Source: an uncultured Gemmatimonadales bacterium
Lineage (GTDB): Bacteria; Gemmatimonadota; Gemmatimonadetes; Longimicrobiales; Longimicrobiaceae
Length of the DNA: 64,000 nt
Assembly: GCA_963716255.1 (NCBI GenBank)
Contig: OY970303.1
Location: 1,184,001-1,248,000, forward strand
Reading direction: 5' to 3'
Of the stretch, positions 58,630 through 64,000 are shown piece by piece. Each line of letters opens with the position of its first letter. The stretch's first letter is position 1. The notes beneath the pieces are model-generated. The model did not search any database. It worked only from the letters and a program-made list of their open reading frames with translations, and had not been told where the DNA came from. The translations under genes were made by a program, and so were the position numbers.

Positions 58630-58999
58630 CGGCGCCTGAACACACCACCGGGTACGTGAGCAGGATCCGAAAACAGATCTTTTAGAGTCTGGAAGTGCAC
58701 GCTTCTATGGAGGCACTGCCTTCCTCGGCAATCCTGCGAACGATGTCCATTGCGCGAGGGGCCCTCCGGCAGCTGCGGAGGGCCCCTCGCCGACGTCCGG
58801 GAGCTGCCGCGGAAGGGCTCAACGAGCGCGCGACCTCGACCGTGCGCCCGCCACGGGCCCGAGCACAAGCACCGTCCCCCCTCTACTCCGGTTCCCGGCC
58901 CCGCCCTCCCTCGGTTCCGGTTGTGGCGGGAACCTTTCGCCCTCCGGCCGCAGGCACTAGGATTGGGGGAACTCCGGAACACCGCGCCCCCGCGGCGGC

Positions 59000-59359
59000 T
59001 CAGGCCCCGCGGCAGTGCACCTCGATCAGCAGCCGCCGCCAGCTCGGCACCTCCGTCCCCTCCACCCGCACCGCGACCGCCGTGGCCGCGCCGCCCCTGA
59101 GGAGCCAGGGTGCGAGCCAGGCGTTGATCTCGGGCGGGAGGTGGCCGATGGGATCGCCGCCCACGAGGTGGACCCACACCGCGGGGTCGTCCTCGCCCGG
59201 CGGGTCCGGGATGAGGACGAGCGGATCGCCGGGCCCCACGGTCTCCAGGCGCGCGGCCCGCTCGCCGAAGATCGTCCCGTGGACGGTGGAGCGGAACTCG
59301 GAAGGGCGGTCGGCGGGGAGGGGCGGGATCATCGCTGCTCTCGGAAACGGATCGTGCAT
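59000..59359 (-). CDS. HIRAN domain protein
   Basis: VHGTIF...GDPLVLIPDP...DDPAVWV...IGHLPPEINAWLAPWL. Confidence 0.75.
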   Translation of the reverse strand: MHDPFPRAAMIPPLPADRPSEFRSTVHGTIFGERAARLETVGPGDPLVLIPDPPGEDDPAVWVHLVGGDPIGHLPPEINAWLAPWLLRGGAATAVAVRVEGTEVPSWRRLLIEVHCRGA

Positions 59360-59486
59360 GGACCTGGCCCAATGTAACGAGGACAGGTGCGGCCCTCAAG
59401 AAACGCGGCTTCCCCCCTGCCGGGGAAACCAAACCCACACTTGCGTTTAGTAACACCCCCCGGACACACACGGAGGCGCAACCCCG

Positions 59487-60635
59487 ATGGATCCCATCTA
59501 CCTGGACTACTCGGCCACCTCGCCGCTGCGGCGCGAGGTGCTCGAGGCGATGCTGCCCTTCATGGGGGAGCGCTTCGGCAACCCTTCCAGCCTGCACCGC
59601 TGGGGCCGCGAGGCCCGCGCCGCGCTGGAAGATGCTCGCGCGCGCCTGGCGGAGGTGCTGGGCGCGGGGCCGCTGGAAGTCCTGTTCACGCGGGGCGGCA
59701 CGGAAGCGGACAACATGGCCGTCCTCGGGCGGGCGCACTTCGCGCCGGGGGCGCCGGTGGTGTGCTCCTCCATCGAGCACAAGGCGGTGCTCGCCACCGC
59801 GAAGGCGACCGCGCGGCTCACCGGCTCCGCGTTCCACGTGGTGGGGGTGGACTCCGCCGGGGTCGTCCGCGAGGAGGAGATCTACGCGCTCCTCGGGGCG
59901 AAGCCGGCGGTGGTCTCGGTGATGTGGGCCAACAACGAGGTGGGCGCCGTGCAGCCCGTCGCGCGCATCGCGGAGCGGTGCAGGGACGCGGGGGTCGTCT
60001 TCCACACGGACGCGGTGCAGGCCTTCGGAAAGCTGGAGGTGCGGGTGGACCGCGTCCCCGCCGCCATGCTGTCGCTGAGCGCGCACAAGGTGGGCGGCCC
60101 CAAGGGGGTGGGACTGCTCTACGCGCGCAGGGGGACCCGCTTCCACCCGCTGGTGTACGGCGGGAGCCAGGAGCGCGGTCTGCGCCCGGGGACGGAGGAC
60201 GTGGCCGGGGCGGTGGGCTTCGCCATGGCGGCCGAGATCGCGGTGCGCGAGCGCGAGGCGGAGATGGCGCGCCTGGCCGTCCTGCGCGACCGGCTGGAGG
60301 CCGGGCTCCGCGCCGCCATCCCCGACCTGTGCGTGAACGCCGCCGGGACCGAGCGCCTCCCCACCGTGCTCAACGTCTGCATCCCCGGGGTGGACAGCGG
60401 CGCGCTGGTCCCCGCTCTGGACCTGGAGGGGATCGCCGCGTCCGGCGGCTCGGCGTGCACCAGCGGCGCCGCGGAGCCCTCGCACGTGCTCACCGCCATG
60501 GGGCTGGACGCGGCCGCCGCCTCCCCGTCGGTGCGCTTCTCGCTGGGCAAGGAGACCACGGACGCGCAGATCGACCGCGTGCTGGCCGTGGTCCCGGCGG
60601 TGGTGGAGCGGCTGCGCTCGTTCGCGCCGGTCTGA
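59487..60635 (+). CDS. iscS: Cysteine desulfurase (IscS/NifS type)
   Basis: IYLDYSATSP, FGNPSSLH, HTDAVQAFGK, SAHKVGGPKG, SGGSACTS. Confidence 0.92.
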   Translation: MDPIYLDYSATSPLRREVLEAMLPFMGERFGNPSSLHRWGREARAALEDARARLAEVLGAGPLEVLFTRGGTEADNMAVLGRAHFAPGAPVVCSSIEHKAVLATAKATARLTGSAFHVVGVDSAGVVREEEIYALLGAKPAVVSVMWANNEVGAVQPVARIAERCRDAGVVFHTDAVQAFGKLEVRVDRVPAAMLSLSAHKVGGPKGVGLLYARRGTRFHPLVYGGSQERGLRPGTEDVAGAVGFAMAAEIAVREREAEMARLAVLRDRLEAGLRAAIPDLCVNAAGTERLPTVLNVCIPGVDSGALVPALDLEGIAASGGSACTSGAAEPSHVLTAMGLDAAAASPSVRFSLGKETTDAQIDRVLAVVPAVVERLRSFAPV

Positions 60636-60660
60636 AGGAAACCGAAGTGCGAGAGTGGAT

Positions 60661-61740
60661 ATGAAGCGCAGGGTGCTGGTCGCGATGTCGGGAGGGGTCG
60701 ATTCGTCGGTGGCCGCAGCACTCCTGGTGGAGCAGGGCCACGAGGTCGTCGGCGTCACCATGAAGACCTTCTGCTACTCGGACGACGTCGAGGGCACGGG
60801 GAAGACGTGCTGCGGCCTGGAAGGGATCATGGACGCCCGCCGCGTCGCGGACCGGCTGGGGATCGCGCACTACGTGTTCGACGTGGAGCGCGAGTTCACG
60901 CGCGACGTGATCGACGACTTCGTCTCGGAGTACGCGGCCGGGCGCACCCCCAACCCGTGCGTGCGCTGCAACGGCAACACCAAGTTCCGCGACCTTCTGC
61001 GCCGCGGCGAGATGCTGGGGTGCGACGCCATCGCCACCGGACACTACGCCCGCATGGGCGTGGACGCGGCGGGGAGCCCGGCGCTGCTGCGCGCGCGGGA
61101 CGGCAACAAGGACCAGTCGTACTTCCTGTGGGCGCTCCCCCCGGAGCTGCTCCCCAGGCTGATCTTTCCGCTGGGCGAGCTGACCAAGCCGGAGGTGCGG
61201 GCCAGGGCGCGCGAGCTGGGCCTGGTGACGGCGGACAAGCCGGAGAGCATGGAGATCTGCTTCGTCCCCACCGGCGACTACGTGGACGTGCTGGAAAAGC
61301 GCCTGGGCGACGGCCACCCCGCGCTGGCACCCGGGAAAATGGTGACGCCGGCCGGCGAGACCGTGGGCGAGCACGCCGGCTACGCGCGCTACACCGTGGG
61401 CCAGCGCAAGGGGCTGGGCGGCGGACGCGGCCTGCCCCTGTACGTCCTGGGCACGCGGCCGGAGCGGCGCGAGGTGGTGGTGGGGACGCTGGAGGAGCTG
61501 CACCGCGCGGAGGTGCGCATCGGTGAGCTGAACTGGCTGGCGGAGCCCCCCACGCCCGGCGACGGGCTCCGCGTGCAGATCCGCCACCGCGCGCAGGCCG
61601 TCGAGGCGCGTGTCACCGCCTGTGCTCATGGCGAGATCTCGCTGCGCTTCGACCAGGCGCAGCGCGCCGTGACGCCCGGACAGTCCGCCGTGATGTTCCG
61701 CGACGACGTGGTGCTGGGGGGCGGCAGGATCGCGGCGTAA
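60661..61740 (+). CDS. mnmA: tRNA 2-thiouridine(34) synthase
   Basis: AMSGGVDSS, TPNPCVRCN, IATGHYA, KDQSYFL, KPESMEICF, YTVGQRKGL, AVTPGQ. Confidence 0.96.
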   Translation: MKRRVLVAMSGGVDSSVAAALLVEQGHEVVGVTMKTFCYSDDVEGTGKTCCGLEGIMDARRVADRLGIAHYVFDVEREFTRDVIDDFVSEYAAGRTPNPCVRCNGNTKFRDLLRRGEMLGCDAIATGHYARMGVDAAGSPALLRARDGNKDQSYFLWALPPELLPRLIFPLGELTKPEVRARARELGLVTADKPESMEICFVPTGDYVDVLEKRLGDGHPALAPGKMVTPAGETVGEHAGYARYTVGQRKGLGGGRGLPLYVLGTRPERREVVVGTLEELHRAEVRIGELNWLAEPPTPGDGLRVQIRHRAQAVEARVTACAHGEISLRFDQAQRAVTPGQSAVMFRDDVVLGGGRIAA

Positions 61741-61765
61741 TCGCGGGGTCGAAACGGCTTTTGAC

Positions 61766-61908
61766 GGCGGGTTTGGGCGTGCCCCCGGCTGGCGCCGGGG
61801 TCGGGCTTCGGCTCCGTAAGCGAGCAAACTACGCTCGCTAACGGAGTCGAGACCCGGCGGAAACAGCCCCGCCGGGTCTCGCCCCTTCGGGCCGAAATCC
61901 CTCACGCG
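61766..61908 (+). repeat. Repeat family A, copy 4
   Basis: Near-identical to 29083-29222. Confidence 0.9.
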
Positions 61909-61965
61909 GGGTTCGCGCTGGCGTCCGCGGGGCCCCCTCCCCCAAGCGAGCCGGGTGAGGACTCT

Positions 61966-62009
61966 ACGACGACGCCCCCGCCGGGAGATTCCGGCGGGGG
62001 CGTCGTCGT
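61966..62009. terminator. Long GC hairpin between convergent genes
   Basis: ACGACGACGCCCCCGCCGG-GAGATT-CCGGCGGGGGCGTCGTCGT (19-bp stem). Confidence 0.65.
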
Positions 62010-62035
62010 TCGTCGTTCGTAGTTGCCGTTCCGCA

Positions 62036-62183
62036 GTACCCACATGATCCGTTGCGGAGGGAGACAGCCGGGCAGTTTCGGCTGGCTCCCTCCGGCGCAG
62101 GGAAACCCGCCGGCAGTTTGGCGGGGTTCCCTGCGCCCGCGCAGGAGACGGACGGCCGTATCGTCCGGCTCCGGAGCGGCCCC
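62036..62183 (-). repeat. Repeat family B, copy 2
   Basis: Reverse complement aligns to 34437-34585. Confidence 0.8.
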
Positions 62184-62221
62184 GCCTCCACCACCACGAC
62201 CAGCCCCAGCGCGCGGAGAGA

Positions 62222-62455
62222 CTAGTCCAGCTCCTGCGCCTCCTTCAGCATGGACTTGAGACGCTCCTCCGGCACCTCGTGGACCACCTCCTCGGCGTTC
62301 GCCTCGTCCCCCGAGTGGATGACGAAGCGCGCCCGCACCGCCGGGTCCGACAGGCAGTGGAAGATGATCTTCGGGTGCTCGGGGAGGCCGAACCGGCCCC
62401 CGGAGGCGTAGGCTTCCCAGGTCAGCAGGTCGTCGTCGACGAAGACACGGCTCAT
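62222..62455 (-). CDS. Small hypothetical protein
   Basis: 77 aa with protein-like composition, directly downstream of dnaJ. Confidence 0.75.
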   Translation of the reverse strand: MSRVFVDDDLLTWEAYASGGRFGLPEHPKIIFHCLSDPAVRARFVIHSGDEANAEEVVHEVPEERLKSMLKEAQELD

Positions 62456-62485
62456 CGGCAGTCGGCGTAGAAAGTCGCGGCTCGC

Positions 62486-63625
62486 TCAGTACTTGAGGCC
62501 GGCGGCCTCAGCGAACTCCTCCATCAACTTCTGTTCCCGCTCGCCCAGCTGCTCCGGCACCGCCACGCTGACGCGCACGAGCTGGTCGCCGCGCTCGCCG
62601 CCCTTCTCCACCCCCTGGCCCTTGATGCGGAACTTGGTCCCCGACTGGGTGCCGGCCGGGACGCGGAGCACCACCTTCTTGCCGTCCACGGTGCGCACCC
62701 GGATGCGCGACCCCAGCGTCGCCTGGGCCAGGTTGATGGGGACGGTGCAGTGGATGTCCAGCCCCTCGCGGGAAAAGAACTTGTCGGGCTGCACGCGGAA
62801 GGTGACCAGCAGGTCGCCCGCCGGGCCGCCGGACGCGCCCTTCTCCCCCTGCCCCGGGATACGGATCTTGGATCCGGTGTCCACCCCCGCGGGAACGGTG
62901 ACCTGGATCTGGCGCTGCTGGCGCACCTGGCCCTGACCCGCGCAGGTGGGGCACGGGTCGGTGGGGATCTTTCCCCGGCCGTAGCACGCCGGGCAGGGGC
63001 GGCTCACCGCGAAGCCGCCCTGGCCGAACTGGACCGTGCCGCGCCCCTTGCACTCGGAACAGGTGGTGAGGTCGGTCCCGGGCTTCGCCCCGGAGCCGTG
63101 GCAGGTGGGGCAGTCCTCCACCACGGGCACGGTGATGGTGCGCTTGCCGCCGCGCACCGCCACCTCGAAGGGGACCTCCACCGCGTACTCCACGTTCTCG
63201 CCGCGCTGCGGCCCGCCCGGCCGCGCGGGGCCGCCGCGCTTCCGGCCGCCCAGGTCGAAGATGGAGCCGAACAGGTCGCCCAGCCCGCCCACGTCGCCGA
63301 TGTCCTCGAACGAGAACCCGCCGCCCGCGGCCGTCCCTCCGCCGGGTCCCGGCCGGGGCCCCCCACCGCCGCCGCCGAAGCCGCCCATCCCCCCGAACGC
63401 GCCGAACTTGCGCATCTGGTCGTACTGCTTGCGCTTGTCGTCGTCGGACAGCACGGAGTACGCTTCGGAGATCTCCTTGAAGCGCTCCGCCGCGGAGGCG
63501 TCGTTGGGATTCGCGTCGGGGTGGTATTTCTTGGCCAGCTTGCGGTACGACTTCTTGATCTCGTCCGCGCTGGCGTTCTCCGCAACCCCCAGGATGCGGT
63601 AGAAGTCCTTGCTCTGTGTCGCCAT
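62486..63625 (-). CDS. dnaJ: Molecular chaperone DnaJ
   Basis: J domain with HPD, G/F-rich region and four CxxCxGxG motifs. Confidence 0.97.
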   Translation of the reverse strand: MATQSKDFYRILGVAENASADEIKKSYRKLAKKYHPDANPNDASAAERFKEISEAYSVLSDDDKRKQYDQMRKFGAFGGMGGFGGGGGGPRPGPGGGTAAGGGFSFEDIGDVGGLGDLFGSIFDLGGRKRGGPARPGGPQRGENVEYAVEVPFEVAVRGGKRTITVPVVEDCPTCHGSGAKPGTDLTTCSECKGRGTVQFGQGGFAVSRPCPACYGRGKIPTDPCPTCAGQGQVRQQRQIQVTVPAGVDTGSKIRIPGQGEKGASGGPAGDLLVTFRVQPDKFFSREGLDIHCTVPINLAQATLGSRIRVRTVDGKKVVLRVPAGTQSGTKFRIKGQGVEKGGERGDQLVRVSVAVPEQLGEREQKLMEEFAEAAGLKY

Positions 63626-63687
63626 GGTCCGTCCGGTGAGTCAGGGAACGGGGTGGGCGCCCGCCGCCGGGGCGGGCGCCGGCTCCG

Positions 63688-63999
63688 TCACCCCTCGAAA
63701 GCCTTGACCCGGACGCGGGCCGGGCGGAGGAGGATTCCCTTGAGGCGGTACCCCTTCTGGAAAACGTCGGCGACCGTGTGGTCCTCGTCGCGGCTCTCGG
63801 CCGGGACGGTCATCAGCGCCTCGTGCACGGCCGGGTCGAAGGGCTGCCCCTCGGCCGGGACCTCCTCCACGCCGGCCGACTCCAGGGCGCGCTGGAGCTT
63901 GCGCTCCACCATCTGCGTCCCTTCCATCAGCGCCTGGGCGGTAGCGGTCTCGGGGTTGTAGTGCTGGGCCACACGCTGCAGGTCGTCCAGCACGTCCAG
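63688..63999 (-). CDS. grpE: Nucleotide exchange factor GrpE (5' end off window)
   Basis: LDDLQR...GQPFDPAVHEA...VFQKGYRL...LLRPARVRV; upstream of dnaJ. Confidence 0.93.
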   Translation of the reverse strand: MDVLDDLQRVAQHYNPETATAQALMEGTQMVERKLQRALESAGVEEVPAEGQPFDPAVHEALMTVPAESRDEDHTVADVFQKGYRLKGILLRPARVRVKAFEG

Positions 64000-64000
64000 G

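Overview
This is very GC-rich bacterial chromosome; the gene content (TonB-like Oar-type receptor, PadR plus duplicated orphan permease, PEP-CTERM protein) suggests Gemmatimonadota, which is an inference only. The main feature is a ~15.4 kb element (7376-22824) integrated into comM/yifB, splitting it just before the Walker A motif, with a duplicated AGGAT core and 19-bp inverted att arms. Its replication and regulatory side carries a large serine recombinase, a Prim-Pol/D5-SF3 primase-helicase beside an iteron and AT-rich origin with a perfect 42-bp palindrome, a sigma70-family factor and an XRE HTH protein. Its divergent operon encodes three podovirus-like DNA-ejection proteins, a coiled-coil protein, a capsid scaffolding protein and an Ig-domain protein. 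I can find no capsid, portal, terminase, tail or lysis gene, so it looks like a phage satellite that supplies its own ejectosome and scaffold. The host backbone includes two histidine kinases, SRAP, a TolC-MFP-MacB exporter, bshB1, iscS-mnmA, dnaJ and grpE. It also has a surface-protein locus with two c-di-GMP-I riboswitches, two giant Ig-repeat/beta-helix proteins (one frameshifted in a C run), a PEP-CTERM protein and three tail-collar genes. Dispersed intergenic repeats show compensatory stem changes around a conserved AAACWGCC loop. All calls were made by eye, with no database searches.
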